Notes: generated from the sequence alone by a model not told the origin. A stretch of 64,000 bases of DNA from Lama glama (GCA_028534125.1 CM052817.1:71550001-71614000), one strand, 5' to 3'; shown: positions 12,601 through 25,820, counted from the first letter of the stretch. Numbers and translations: made by a program.

Positions 12601-14234
12601 TGACTAGTAGCCACAAGAGCGGGGGAGGTTAGGTGGAGGGTTTAGGTACGGGAAGGTGTGGAGTTAATGAACTGAGACAAAGAGGGAATGGAAGTTAGCA
12701 AATAGGAGAACAGGACCAACTGCTCCAATGCAGAAACTATTTGTTTGCACGAGAAATTTCGCTTTATTTATTATAAGGGTGGTATATGCAACAGAATCGT
12801 GTTTGAAGAGAGGGTTCAATGTAATGTTGACCCCTGCTGAGCCCCCAGTCTCACAGTGACGTTTTAACCTCAGCTTCCATATACATCCCTCTTTCTTTTT
12901 TCCAAGGGAAAAGTATTTTCTTATTCTGAACGTCCCTCCACTCCACAAGCTAGGAAAAATGAAATATGAGACATGGCGACTTCTGGCCATCTAATCTGTG
13001 CATGTAATTGTAAGGTTAAAGTGCGATAATAGTAAGGGACTTATGCTTTAAAAATTAGGTGGCCATCAGGAGTAGGAAGAACATTCTCTTTCCCTCTTCC
13101 CAGCTCCCCACCTTCCTGGGCGTCCAAAGAGAGGGTATTTTCATTTAAAATCAGGTGCCCAGAACCAGAGAAAAGTGGGGACTGGGAGAAACATCTCTGT
13201 AAATGAGGGTGGTATAATAAGTTAAATAAAGAGTTTTAAAAATCAATACAATTATACATATATGTACAAATATTTATATATTTAGCAAATTAATTTTAAG
13301 TTAATTTATAAATTGATGCTCCCAAACATTCCATGTATGGCCTTTTCTCATCTCTTCCATTCTAGAGATTTCTGCAGTGCAAGTCTGAATTTGAAGGTAA
13401 AACCTAAGCCAAAAGACTTGGCAGGATTGAGCAGGCTGGAAGGTGGGTGTGGCCTGGTGAGCAGTAGGGATGTTAGCAGATTACCTGGGCTTGTGAGTCA
13501 TCAATAAATATTTGTAAAGTGAAGAGATTAAATAAGTGAAAGAAGGGAGGGAAGTGGGAGAGGAATCAAGTGTGAGGAAATTCAGCAAACATTTTGCTAT
13601 AACTTGCAAGGTAAGTCCAACATTTGCTTTAAAAGGATTCCATTTTTAAATTGAGTACTGTTCTCACTAGTCATCATGCCAATCTTAAACTAGTATGAGA
13701 AATTATCATCTGCTTACTATGTTTCTTATCCAAATAATGTCTGTTTTTACCTGTTTATTTTGGGAGGTTATGGGTTAAGATGGATTTGGGGTTATGTTAA
13801 AAACAAATATCTGATTTTTTCTGAACAGTGCTTAAAATGGGAGATAAGCTCCAATTTCTTGAACTTTAAAGTAGACAATTAGCAAAAATGGTAAGTTCTT
13901 AATATTTCTAAGTGTTGTTGAGGAACAGATACTGTTAGTGAAAACCAGTGACTTTATCTGGAAAGCAATTTGGTAGCTTATTTACTCATTTTAAATCCAC
14001 TTATCCTTTGACCATTCTTTCACCAGATACTCCTTGAGCCTGTGCTCATCTGGGATCTCAGGACTCAGTGGGGAAGAGGAGAGACAAGACTCCTGCTCTT
14101 TTGCAGCTCACATTACAGAGAGGAAGACAAAATAATTTCACATAAAGTGAAGTCCTAAAATTAAAATTAAACAGCATCATGTGAAGAGATGGGAGCATTC
14201 ATTTAAACCCTGAAGGCTTCACTGAGAAGATGAC

Positions 14235-14581
14235 TGTGAACTATGGAAAAAATTCATACCCAGAAACCTCAATTAATTAGAGTCTGGATATCAGAAGGGG
14301 GCGCTCTCCTGCCGTGCAACCACAGTGGAGCCCAACATGAAGAAAGACTCCTCTCCCGGCAACAACTCAACCAATGAAATGTCATGGACTCTGATTACTC
14401 TAGCCCTCCCAACTTCCTTTTCCCCTCTATAAAAGTGGTCTCCTTCCATTACTCTGTAGTGACTTGCACATGGCCCACCACGGTTTCCTTCCCTGAACTG
14501 CAACTCTCTGCTAATCCCAGATAAACCCATCTTTAGTAAGAGGGAGTAATAACCACCAGTCTATCTGTTTTTAGATCAATA
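14235..14581 (+). mobile_element. Old ERV1 solo LTR (MER31/MER34-like) inserted in L2-like sequence
   Basis: TG start, TATAAAA near 14428, ATAAA near 14521, family-type 3' end ...TTTAGATCAATA. Flanks resemble L2. Confidence 0.65.
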
Positions 14582-16840
14582 ATTGAAACCACAATGACAA
14601 AGAGACAGCCATTCTTGCAGAAGCAAGAGCAAGTACAAATGTCCTGAAATAAGGATCGAGTTTGCAGGACTGAGGATGAAAGACTAGTGTGTCTCCAGGT
14701 CACAATGAAGGAGTAACTGATAGGTTGGAGAGGCAGGCAGGCCAGGTCTTGGACCATTGGTAAATCAAGATAAGAGAATTGGATTTGATTCTAACTGCAG
14801 TGAGGTGGGGAAATATTAAAGGGTTTTTAGGTGGGGAAAAGCATGGTAATCGTTAGTAATTCCACTACTAAGAAGTTACTCTGTGGATACACTCACAAAA
14901 AAAATTATAGGTATATGTATAAGATAGTATTCAGTACTATTTGTATAACAAAACACTGGAAGTAATCAGGGGCTAAATAAATGATGGCTAATATTAACTA
15001 AATGATGGCACACCCTTAGGATGGAATATTATGAAGTCTTTTAAAAATAAATGGTTGTACAGATTGCCATATCTAAAGAGCTACCAGAATATATTTTTCA
15101 GGAAAATTAAAAAGCAGGCACAGGACATTCTGTATAGTGATACATTAAGAAAAGCACATACAATTGTACACATTTTCTTTCTTTTTTTTGGGGGGGGGAC
15201 AGACAAGAATTTGATGGTGATGTATATATCTGGGGAAAGAACTGGGAATAAACTAGAGAGTTCCTACTGTTTATTTTCCCACAATATTTGAATTTTCTTA
15301 GGAAGTATTTGTGTTTCATTTTTTAAAAAAATCCACAGGAGTTAGTTGAGTAGTGAGATAATGGGTTACTTTTCTATTAGAAATAAAACATTAAATGGTG
15401 ATTTTTCCACATTTATTTTACATTACAAAACATACACTAAGACCTGGCTATTTGCTTAGATATTTTTCTTGCAGAGGGCTACAGAAGGCTAGGAAAGATG
15501 GAGGGGAATGTTGGGAGGGTGCCCAGGAACACCAGTAGGAATTTTTATGAAAAGATTTATTGTGTGCACTTCTAACCCATAACCAGATAGGTAGTTAATA
15601 TTGAATATAAATAACTGGGGCTTAAAAAGTAACAGTTAATTGATATTTAGTAGTAAAATTTTCAAAATTAGGCCAGAAAGGAAGGAACATTTGAAAGACA
15701 GAAATTTATTGCAAATATGACCGACTACTAAACAAAAGATCTGGAGTTTGGTCCCGATTCTATTCCAGACCTGGCTATAAGATCTTGGAGAAAGTGCGGG
15801 GATCCTTTAGTTTCCTTTTCTATGTATAAAATAACAACACCAGGCTGAATGATCTTGATACCAGCTCAAAACTTCTCTGATATGGAAATATGCTAAAATA
15901 CACACATTGTTTCTGAGCCCTTCTATTACTAAACCTACTTTTCTAGACCTCTGTTCCATAGGTGGAGTCTAGCCAAGTTGAACCATTTCACATCTCCTGG
16001 ACATCTTAAGTTTTGGCTCCTTTTCTCTCATCAGTCCCTCTGCCTGGAATACTCTTCTCTCCCATTTTCCCCTCCTCCACCCCCCATTTCTTCCTGTCAA
16101 ATTCAGTCTGTTCTTTGGATATTCACAAGCTACTCCCTACTTGAGGCTCTTTCTCTTCAGAGCTAAGATCTCTCACTCTCTCTTGCCTCCTAAACTCTTG
16201 AAGCTTTTGTTAGCACATCTCTTAAGCCCTTAGTCATCCTCTTTCCTATAGGAGATTATAAATGTCCATATGAGCAAGGACAACAATTTCTTGATTGTCT
16301 TAGTTCATAGAATTGCTGTAACAAAGAACCAAGAACCACACCATCCCAGAGTTGTATAGCTCTGTTTCAGCACATCTAGAGATTTTGAAACTGGAAAACA
16401 AACCTCAAGTAGGTATATTTTTCCCCTTGTATTCTGACTTAGAAATGCAGGGATCCAAGTCATAATTTCTTTATGTACCTTCTCTGATGCCACCAAGCTG
16501 GCATTGTCTGGGCAAAGGGCACAGGTGAAAAGGGAATACAGCTCTTTGAATAGAGTTGTAAGTTGCAGTTTTATTCTGGCCTTACTTACAGATGTTGGTG
16601 ATATCTGGGCCACATCTGATAGTTTTTTCCCCCACTAAACTTTGCTAACCTAACTGGAGATATTTTCCAAAAGTTGTAAACCATATCGATTCATAAAAGA
16701 GAAATGCTTTCTTTTTGTGTTCTTAATACGGCAAATAAAAAACTCATCCACAAAATTCCATAGAGGAAAAAAAAATCAAAATTCAGTTCCTGATCATTTT
16801 CACTTTAGACTTCTCTGAAAATGATAAATTTTAAGAAGAA

Positions 16841-17215
16841 TTTTTTTTTTCAATGACACAGTGTATTTACAGACCAAAGAGGCCAAGGAGACTTTACTCC
16901 CATTCCTTTTCTGAAAAAAAAAAAAAACTGACAGAACAGATGTGAATCTTCACCTCCTCACATGGCCTTTGGTTGGAACAAACCGGGAAGTTGGGGCTGG
17001 GAGCCTCCTTAAAGACCCTCCCCCAAGCACTGGGAGGAACTAGCTAAGCTGGACACCCACCTCCTGCAACCCACGGCCCTCCAGAGATGCTCTGGAGTGC
17101 CCAGGGTGGCATCTCCTGCTATGGTGCCCAGCCAGAGTTCCAACATATCTTCTTCCTTTGTCCCAGAGTTTTGGGGGTGGGTCTGGGTCACCTCAGAATC
17201 CCATTCCAAATAGAC
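16841..17215 (-). pseudogene. Possible retroposed mRNA 3'-end fragment (parent unknown)
   Basis: Poly-T at 16840-16850. On the minus strand an AATACA variant signal lies just upstream of the A-tract, and the body is more GC-rich than the flanks. No convincing TSD. Confidence 0.35.
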
Positions 17216-17451
17216 CTGTCCTGTAAGATCTCACCATAGTGATGAATATGCCTTATTGATCTTGGAAGGAATTGAGGTAAATATAAAAGATATCAAAACT
17301 TTATGTAAATAAGAGAAGTGCAAATAATTACGTAAAAATAGACTCACAATCCAAAATAGATACCTACAAAACTTCAATTAAGTTAGCAGTAAGCACAGCA
17401 GTTCAGAGGAAGAAATTTAATTTAAGAAGGTGTAAGAAGGGAATGTGATAG

Positions 17452-17994
17452 TGAGGTGGGAAGCCCCAAAGACCAGCAGGACCCCCAGGCAGGGCCATTA
17501 CTCTCCTGACAGCACCATCCAGTTCCCTGGCCCAGCAGCATTATCTTGCTTTTTGCCTCTGAAATGGCTTACTTCTAAGAAAGTGGAACTTATCCCTAAG
17601 ATCCTATTGGTTCCCTGAGCTAACTTCTGATTGGTCCATTTGTAGCACTTCATTTGCATGGAGCTTACTCCTGATTGGTCCATTTTTACCATTGCTGATT
17701 GGTCCATTTCCCTCACTCCTGATTGGTCCATTTCTACAAAGCTTGTTCCTAATTAGCCACCTTTGTTATACATTATTTGCATATGATGTTGCAAAGTCTA
17801 GACTGGTATCCCATAAAACGCTGTGTAAACCTACAGATGGGGTCTAGAGCTTGGAGTGTTAACTCCTCTGGGCCCACCGGGGTAATAAACCTGAGTTCTC
17901 CAACTCTCCGAGTGCTGCTTGGTCTCTCTCCCGGGTCCAGGTTGCTGTCACAACTGAGCTGAAACACTGAGCTGTAACACACTTTGCTGCAACA
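17452..17994 (+). mobile_element. ERV1-class solo LTR with CCAAT-box array
   Basis: TG...CA termini, 4-bp TSD ATAG (17448-17451 / 17995-17998), AATAAA near 17884, four CTGATTGGTCCATT units. Confidence 0.9.
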
Positions 17995-19404
17995 ATAGGA
18001 GCTCAAAAGTGCAGTTTAACTTTGGAGTTTTCACAACACTGTGAGCATGTGCCCACCATGCTGCAGATAGTTTCTGCCTGAAACCCTCTGAGCCTGTAAG
18101 CCAAGACTTTTCACTTTGGGAGTAGCAAAGGGCAATTAAGGTCCAGGGAATGAGTTTGTCTTGGCCCTTGGTACTAAGGGCCTCGCTGGCAAAGGAGATC
18201 AAGGAGATCATAAGCTCATGCTTCTCTTGTGCTTTCTTTATTCAGATGTATTCTGATAAACTTCCTCTATAAACGTTCAACACACAGAATTAGTCAGTAG
18301 CATAAAAATGTATTCGAGATATAAAGGAAAATGTGAAGAACACTATTTGATACTGAAAGCAGCTTTCTCATGGTTGCTGTTAAGATCATAGCACCCCTGA
18401 AGGACAACTGGGCAACCTGCATGTGAGGGGAGACCTAAAATTACTTTCACATTATTATAAAGGTCTCTCTCTGTCTCTCTCTCTCTCTACATATGTACGT
18501 ATTAATAAACTGGGTGTTAGGAAATTGTGTCTGTTCCTTATTATCTCTGTTTGGAAGGCAGCTATGCTCACCACTATACCACCAACGCTGCACTATCTCT
18601 GTTTGTAGGAAAGAGAATATGCATGGAAATATCTAATGATAAATAAACTTACCTGAATTACAAAGAAATACCCAGACCCTCTCCTCTGATCCCTCTTATT
18701 TATATTGGTCCAAACTATAAAGAGACCTCAGGAAAGGCATAGGTCCTGGTGGGTCCCTTTCCCACCTATCAGAGGATGTGGCAGGACAGGAGACCATGAC
18801 TGGGCCTTTGGAGGAGCAGGGCTGTTACTCTCATGTAAGGTTTAGGAAGACCTGTACCACCTCACCACTTGGGCTAAGACAGTGAAGACCATTTAAACTC
18901 CTAAAGACTAACTTTTCAGCCTGTTCCAGAGCAGACAGCTTAAAGGAACAGAAAAAGTCTCAAATATTTTTATTATAAGGAACTTCTGAAGAAGAATTCT
19001 ATCTGATCTCAGTATAAAGAATAGTTGTGTCATATTAAATAATTGATTTATTATAAATAATAATGTGAATCATGTCTTTATGGTTAGAATACTTGGAGGC
19101 AAATAGGGGATTTGCCCTTTTAGCAAGTTTTTAACGTAATACACAGCTTAAACCTTATTCCATTCTCCATTTTATAATCTCAGCCTGACTTTTTCTTTTG
19201 CTTCTTGTTTTTATGATTTTATTTATTCAATGCATTCTTTTGCTATATTTTATATACAACAAGGTAGGAAAGAATGGAAGGAAGGAAGAAAGTGGGAGGG
19301 AGGGGTCGGAGGAACAAAGACCTACCAGCCCTAGATGGAGACAAAGTGAGACCTGGCAAAAGTCATTTTAGCTGCCTGTTGGAGGAAGGATATCTTGAAA
19401 GGCA

Positions 19405-19590
19405 AAGTGTAGCACTGCGGAAACAGTATTAGCCCTGCTGTCAGAAGGCCTGAGTCCTTTCCTAGCCCTGCATCAATTCACCCGGTAATGCTGAGCAAAT
19501 CCCTTCTCCTTTTTGTGCCCCAGTTTCCTCCTCTGTGAAATGAGGATTTTGGACAATATGGTCAGTGCATTCTCTCCAGCTCTAATGTTT
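19405..19590 (+). mobile_element. MIR SINE
   Basis: MIR core CCCCAGTTTCCTCCTCTGTGAAATGAGG near 19517-19546. Confidence 0.75.
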
Positions 19591-20627
19591 TGTGATTCTT
19601 GGCAGGCAAAGAATGAAGAAGGAAGACAACATAGACAAACTTGCTGCTCAGCAAATGGCCACGACCCCACCCTTACCCCTGCCCGACCAGCTGTGGTTCA
19701 CCCTCTCTGAGTGCCCCAGGCACTCACAGGAGCAGATTTCTCTCAACCAATTCAACTTTGAGCCTGGAGTCTTTCTCAATTAGACCATGCAGAGGACACT
19801 TGTACTTACTCAAGTGTCTTGGGAAAAATTTTGGAAGAGATTGGAGGGTGTTTAAAGTTGGAAAATAAAATGACCTTGAAAAAAATACCATCCACAAAAT
19901 AAAAGAGTTCCCAAAGAGCCAAATGAGTAAAATAGTTCCCAAACAGTGGGTTTTCCAAGATCTTGCTGATTTATTAATATCTGATTCTTTATTTGAAATT
20001 TTGTAATTTAGGCTTTTGAAGCTGTGAACCATGTTTTTTGGATTAATATCATATAATATCTTTTATAAATTCTAGTGATTTATTGGGTATCATGAAGTTG
20101 AGTGCACTTTCTAATCATTTTGAGTTTTCAAAATTGACTTTTTCATCAGGATGTGGAGGAAGAACAAATGGGATCATTGGAGACCAAATAATAGGCAGGG
20201 GATTAGACATAAATAAGAGATGCAACACTGGCTGGAAGAGAGATTTGAAAGTAAGCAACACTGAAAGAAAACTTTCCAAAACCAGAGACAGATTTGAGGA
20301 GAAAAGGAAATCGGTGACATTAGGAATTATCTTTGCAGCATCAGCAGGAATTTTTTAAGAAAAACAGAGCCTACACTCATTTCTTTCTATATTGATGCAG
20401 AAATTTGCTGTTTTTTCTGTTCTTTTGGTAACTGCATCCCACTGCAACTTTAAAGAACTTTGGGAAACCCTTTAATTCCATGTGGACCCTGTCAGTCATG
20501 GGGCAGCATAATTCTATCTATCTTACCTCTATTTCTTTCTCTGAAAATGAGAATTAAATACAATAAACTCTATGTAATGTGACTATCAGGCACAAAGTTC
20601 ATGGTATGACCTTTCCTCAGGCCCATG

Positions 20628-21242
20628 TGATAGAGGGAAAATGAATGTGGGGCGAGAGAATGGCTGTGTTCCAGGTCTTAACTGAGTCCCTGGCATGTGC
20701 CTCACCAAGTGTGGGTCCTTGGCTTCATCAATTCAAGAGTGAGACACAGTTGAGTAAAGGTAGATTTATTTAGAGAGACACATACTCCATAGAGTCCAGG
20801 CTGTTTCAGAAGCCAAGAGGAAGGTGAAAGTAGATACACACTCCATAGACAGAGTGCAGTCTGTCTCACTCAAAAGGGAGAGCCACCATGAGGTGTGGGG
20901 GTTGTTAGTTTTTATGGGTTCAGTAGCGTCATATGCTAACAAGTGGGAGGATTATTCCAACTACTTTGGAGAAGGGGTTGGGATTCCCAGGAACTGGGCC
21001 ACTGTCCAATCTTTGACCTTTTATGGTCAGCCTCGGGACTGTCATGACGCCTGTGGGAGTGCCATTTACCAAGTTAATATATTACAACGAGTGTATAGTG
21101 AAGGTCAAGGTCTACTGGAAGTCAAGTCTCCCACTGTCTTGGGCCTCATGACCTGTTGGAAGTTGAATTTTCTGCTGCCTTGGTGTCAATTGTTGTGTTA
21201 CTTCTTGAATGGCTGTGCCCTGCCCCCACCCCTCATGTCTCA
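20628..21242 (-). mobile_element. ERV1 solo LTR, same family as 56314-56933
   Basis: TG...CA termini, near-TSD CATG/CAGG, TTTATT near 20765. Shares blocks (GTGGGTCCTTGGCTTC, GGTAGATTTATT, GGCTGTGCCCTGCCCCC) with the 56.3 kb copy. Confidence 0.85.
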
Positions 21243-21679
21243 CAGGTAGAACAGCAGAGGTGTAGAAGATGAGCCAGGTCAGCTACCTCCATTCTAGAAA
21301 TGGGGAAATATCGAGGCCTGGCCAGGTTGAGTGGCTTTTGCAAAGGTATTTGTTCTCAGAGCCTGTTCATTCAGAAACACTGAAAGCCTCATACTGGAAA
21401 TCACTGGTGCTTGTGACTCAGTGAAGTTTCTACCAAGAGACCAGTAAACTGAGCTTCAGCTACAATCTGAGAAAGCAACCCTGACAGCTTTCATAACCTT
21501 GGGGGCCACTTGGTGTATTTAGATCTGCAAACTCCACAAACATCACATTCTTCAAAAAAAAAAACAAAACCCCTGCAGTTTTACTGTAAACCAGTATGAC
21601 ATTATTAAAGAAAAAGAAAAAAAAACTAAACTAAATATAAAACTGGTGGAGGGTACCTCTCATAAGGTCTCCCTGCTAA

Positions 21680-21850
21680 CAGATTCTGCATTTGCCTCGT
21701 ACTAGCTCGGTGATCTGGGCAAATTATTTATCTCTCTATGCCTCAATGTTCTTCTCTAAAAAAAGAATAAACAGTATCTACTTCATAGGACTGTTAATGA
21801 GGATTTGTGAAAGTGCTTAGGGACCAGAAACATAGTGAGCATCACATACG
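21680..21850 (+). mobile_element. MIR SINE
   Basis: GTGATCTGGGCAAATTATTTATCTCTCTATGCCTCA...CTACTTCATAGG, MIR-like. Confidence 0.7.
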
Positions 21851-22274
21851 TGTTTGGTAAATAAAGAAAAATAAAAGCAATAACTCTCTGGTGTAGAGTA
21901 GGTGACATCTGGGCTGAGACTTGAAGGAATTCATTTTACAGAAAAGGTGGGAAGGCGTCCCAATTTCTAACTGGGGGGAAAAAAAAGCACTTGCATAGAC
22001 ATGGAGACATGATGATGATTTTGAAAAAGAAATAATAATAATAGCCAACCAACTATTGAATATAGACAATGTACCAGACTCGTCACATAACTGTATCTCG
22101 TTTAACCTTATTAGCAACTCTGCAGTGTAGATTTTATTATCTATAATGCAGTTAAGGAAGCCAAGTTTCAGATAAGATGGTGAGAAGCAGAAGCAGTCAT
22201 GCAATTCCAAGTCTGACTGAAGTTTTTGCCCATGCTTAGAGAATTTGTTTCCCTTAAACCTTGGGTGCAGGAGG

Positions 22275-22475
22275 AAAGGCAAATATATAGAGACAGAGCT
22301 AGATTGGTAGTTACCTAGTGCTGGGAAGCACAGATATCAGGGTAAGAGCTTAAAGGTATGGGGTTTCTTCTGAGGGGTGATGGAAAGGATCTTTTGACTG
22401 TAGTGTAGTTGTACAATTCTGTGAAAACACTAAAAACCATGGAATTGTACACTTTAAATGGGTGAGTTTTAAGGA
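22275..22475 (+). mobile_element. Old L1M (L1MB-like) 3' end fragment
   Basis: AGATTGGTAGTTACC...GGGTTTCTTCTGAGGGGTGATG...TTGTACACTTTAAATGGGTGA, typical of an L1MB 3'UTR. Confidence 0.7.
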
Positions 22476-22508
22476 ACTTTAGGTACCTAAAAAAATGATA
22501 AAAAGTTT

Positions 22509-22612
22509 GGGTGTAGCTCAGCAGTAGAGTGCATGCCTAGCATGCACAAGGTCTTGGGTTCAATCCTCAGTACCTCCATTAAATTAAAGAAAAACTAATT
22601 ATCTCTCCCCCA
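22509..22612 (+). mobile_element. tRNA-derived SINE, Vic-1-like (camelid)
   Basis: GGGTGTAGCTCAGCAGTAGAGTGCATGCCTAGCATGCACAAGGTCTTGGGTTCAATCCTCAGTACCTCC has A and B boxes, followed by an A-rich tail and CTAATTATCTCTCCCCC as in Vic-1. Confidence 0.85.
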
Positions 22613-25317
22613 ACAAATGGTTAAATTGTGTATCAATAACCTTATTATAAAAAGAAAATAGGCTGGATACCAGCATTCAGAAGGGGAGTGTTGAGGAGGA
22701 GAGAACTGACATTTTGGATAGACGCGTCAATGATAGGCAGAGAATAAAGCATTGCACATAGATTATCTCATTTAGTTTAATTCCTACAACATTCTCATGC
22801 AATATGATTTTTTAAAATCTTCAATTCATAAAAGTACAAGTACAAAACTACGCTCATCATGACTCCACCTTTGGCATTCTGGAATATAATGCCTCCATGA
22901 AGATCCCTCCCAAGACAGCTTATTTATTTTTTCCTCCATTGAGTTCTTATTTATTGCGCTTTTCTTTCCCTATTTGAATGAGTAGGTGTTTTCAATGGTC
23001 ACTCCAGGTTCTTTTCTAGGGCATTCCCCCATTCAAAGACTTTCATTATTCATTCAGATTTTAGCGTTCAAATACAGAGGAAACCCTCTGATACTCTGCT
23101 AAAGAGGTTTTTGGTTTGTTCATTTTCTTACAGTTTGTGAAATATCTTCCTGTTGTCCTATGGGCCCAGCATTCTTTGAGCACACTTCTTTCCTTCTCGA
23201 TTATGAGCGCCATTAGAGAGGAAATACTTACAACAATTACAATGCAATGTAAATGGCCAGTAGGGTTATAACAGATTGCTTATTCACTTACGTGCCAAGC
23301 ACTGCTCTACGCTCTTTGTGCATATTATCTCAGATAGGAATTCAGTAAATATTTGTGGAATGAACGTTGTGTTTGAAGAAGTAAGGAGGTTTTAGAGGGG
23401 AAGTCAGGGATGACTTTATGTACCAGAGGATATTTGAGCTGAGTCACTGAGAATTGGTAGAAGTTTAATGTACTTAATGGCAAAGAAAAGCACTGTAGAC
23501 CAAGGAACACTTTTGAGGAAGAACTGAGCTCAAGACTGTTGATACAATCTGATAAACCTTAATTCAATTCCTGCCCGAGCCTCTCACTAACCATGTTATT
23601 TCTGAGATTCCTAAACTTCTAGGATTCAGTGTCATCAGCTGCAATATAGGATGGACAGAACCTCTCCTGTAGGGGTGTTGTACAAAGAGGTTAGAACAGT
23701 GTCAGGCATGGGATTCTAAGCGTACATTAAACAATTTTCTTAAGCCTCAAATTAATTTTCTAGATCTATCTTCCTGCCCCTGAGATACTTTAGTGACTAG
23801 GAAACACTTGTCCTTGGGAAACACGCCTATCTATTTTTAGTAGCTAGAAAAGACTCAGCAGTGGATATTACTATTTCCATGAACAGCAGTTATCCGGGAA
23901 GAATAGATGGAGATCAGTGATGAGGTGGAGACAAGACAAAACAAGAGCCAAGGAGGTGAAAGGCTTTGTCTGTCAACGTCAAGGGGTTATGGTTCCAAAA
24001 GGTAAGGGTTGAAAACTCAGATGCCTTCAGAGGTCAGTTTTCAGTGACGAATGAAGTAAGCACATTATAAACAATGAGGTTATACTGAACTGAACACACC
24101 TTGTGTGCATATTAAGTAAGTTGAAATGGTCTTCACTCCTCAAAGAAATCTACTTTTTCTCATTTTTTTTTGAATGCACTGCTATTTCAAGTCTATCTTC
24201 TTTCCCTATTTTAACAGAAACACAGGTATGAGAATATTTCACTTTCTTCCTAACTCTAAGAAAATACCACCACAAAGGTGATGAAATATGAAAATTAAAA
24301 ACAAGAGGAAAAACATAAACATAAATTAAAATTTTCAAAAAGTTTTAATATTTTTATGAACACCAAACAGGTATTGCATACCTGACTTTGGAGATTATTG
24401 AACCAGAATATGAAGCCCATATTATTTCTACATTAATCTTGAGGAATTCATGATCCAGTTGGTGTATGCTCGGCAATAAATGTTGTAAAGGAAGCATTCT
24501 GCTTGCCTGGGAAAATCAAGAAAGGTTCTGTGAATCAGGTCACATTTGCCTTGAGTCTTGGAGGATGAGTAAGAGTGATGGCAAGTGGAAAAGAGAATGT
24601 TCTCCTCATGCTGAAGGAATAGCATGTACAAAACCAAGCATTTGAGAAGGCCTAGTGGGTGGAAGGAGGATAAAAATTTATTGTATAACCAGAACCCTGG
24701 GTGTGGGCAGAAATAGAGCAGGTGAAGTAATTTGTGATGAGATAATGAAATGTTGCTTGTGCCATGCTCCATAGGAAGTAAGTGGAGAGAGTTGGTAAAC
24801 TTCCATGATCTCAGGGAAGAGAAAGTAATAGCATGAACTGATGCAGTGGCAACAGAATGGGAGAAGGAAATGGATTCAAGATCTGACACTGCATTTGGAT
24901 AGGAATGGCTTCCTTGTTGAATAGATGTGGGTCTGAGAAAGAGAGAGAAATTGAGGAAGAAGCCAGGGTTTCTGCTAGGAGTGGAGTGGAGAGTGAGTCC
25001 AGTGGCTAAAACAAGGGAACCTTTGTCGCATTTTTCAGGGAGCAGTGTGATAGAGTGGAGAAAGCACAGCCTCTGGAATCAGAGCAACTGAAGCTTAAAT
25101 CCCTAGTGCATCACTCTTTGTCTTGTGTGATCTTTTAAGCAATGTATTCTCTCTGATCCATGCTCTTCTTATTGTACAACTGGTACACACTCTGTGGCAA
25201 CATGTCCGTGGAGAAAAATTGCCTTAAGCAACTGAGCTACTGTGCTCTGATATTTCCATACTTGCAAAATACATTTGCATATATTATGAAATGATCACCG
25301 TTACAAGTCTAGTAACC

Positions 25318-25820
25318 TCTGGCTGCCATAGTAAATTACCATAAACTTGGTGCCTTAAAATGACAGAAATCTATTTTTCACAGATCTAGAGGCCAGAAGT
25401 CCAGGATCATTGTCACTGGGCCAAGACCAAGTTGTCAGCAGGGCCACGCTCCCTTTGGAGGTTATGGGGGAAAATCTGTTCCTTGGTTCTTCCAACTTTG
25501 ATGGCTGCTGGCTTTCCTTGGTTTGTGGCAGCATCACTGTAATCTTCAAGGCCAACATCTTCAAGTCTCTATCTCTCTGTCTTCATATCACTTTCTACTC
25601 TATGTATCTGTATTGTCTCCCTCTGCCTCCTTCTTTTAACAATACATGTGACTGCAGTCTGGGCCCACCTGGATAAACCAGGGTAAATCCCTCCATTACA
25701 ATATCCTTAATTTAATTACATCTGCAAAGACTTTTTTTTTTGCCATATAAGGTAATATTTATAGATTCCAGAGATTAGGACCTGATATCTTTCGGTGGAT
25801 ATTATCTAGCCTATTGCAGC
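25318..25820 (-). mobile_element. MaLR MLT1 LTR (MLT1C/D-like)
   Basis: GGCTGCCATAGTAAATTACCATAAACTTGGTGCCTTAAAA...GAGGCCAGAAGTCC...TTAATTACATCTGCAAAGAC. Confidence 0.85.

Larger units (their letters stand above)
11400..12620. promoter_or_regulatory. ELOVL6 promoter CpG island with SRE-like and E-box motifs
   Basis: High GC and CpG density. CTCGTGCGAT (ATCGCACGAG on minus, SRE-like) at 12113-12122, CACGTG at 12430-12435, GTCACGTG at 12550-12557, and FOX-type TGTTTAC near 12191. ELOVL6 is an established SREBP-1 target. Confidence 0.85.

Noticed and set aside
17627..17735. CRISPR-like repeat-spacer array (CTGATTGGTCCATT)
   Set aside because: 14-bp repeats with short irregular spacers inside a TSD-flanked LTR in mammalian DNA; no cas genes.
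22509..22580. tRNA gene
   Set aside because: Lacks a proper acceptor stem and T-run terminator and is followed by a SINE tail; it is a SINE head.
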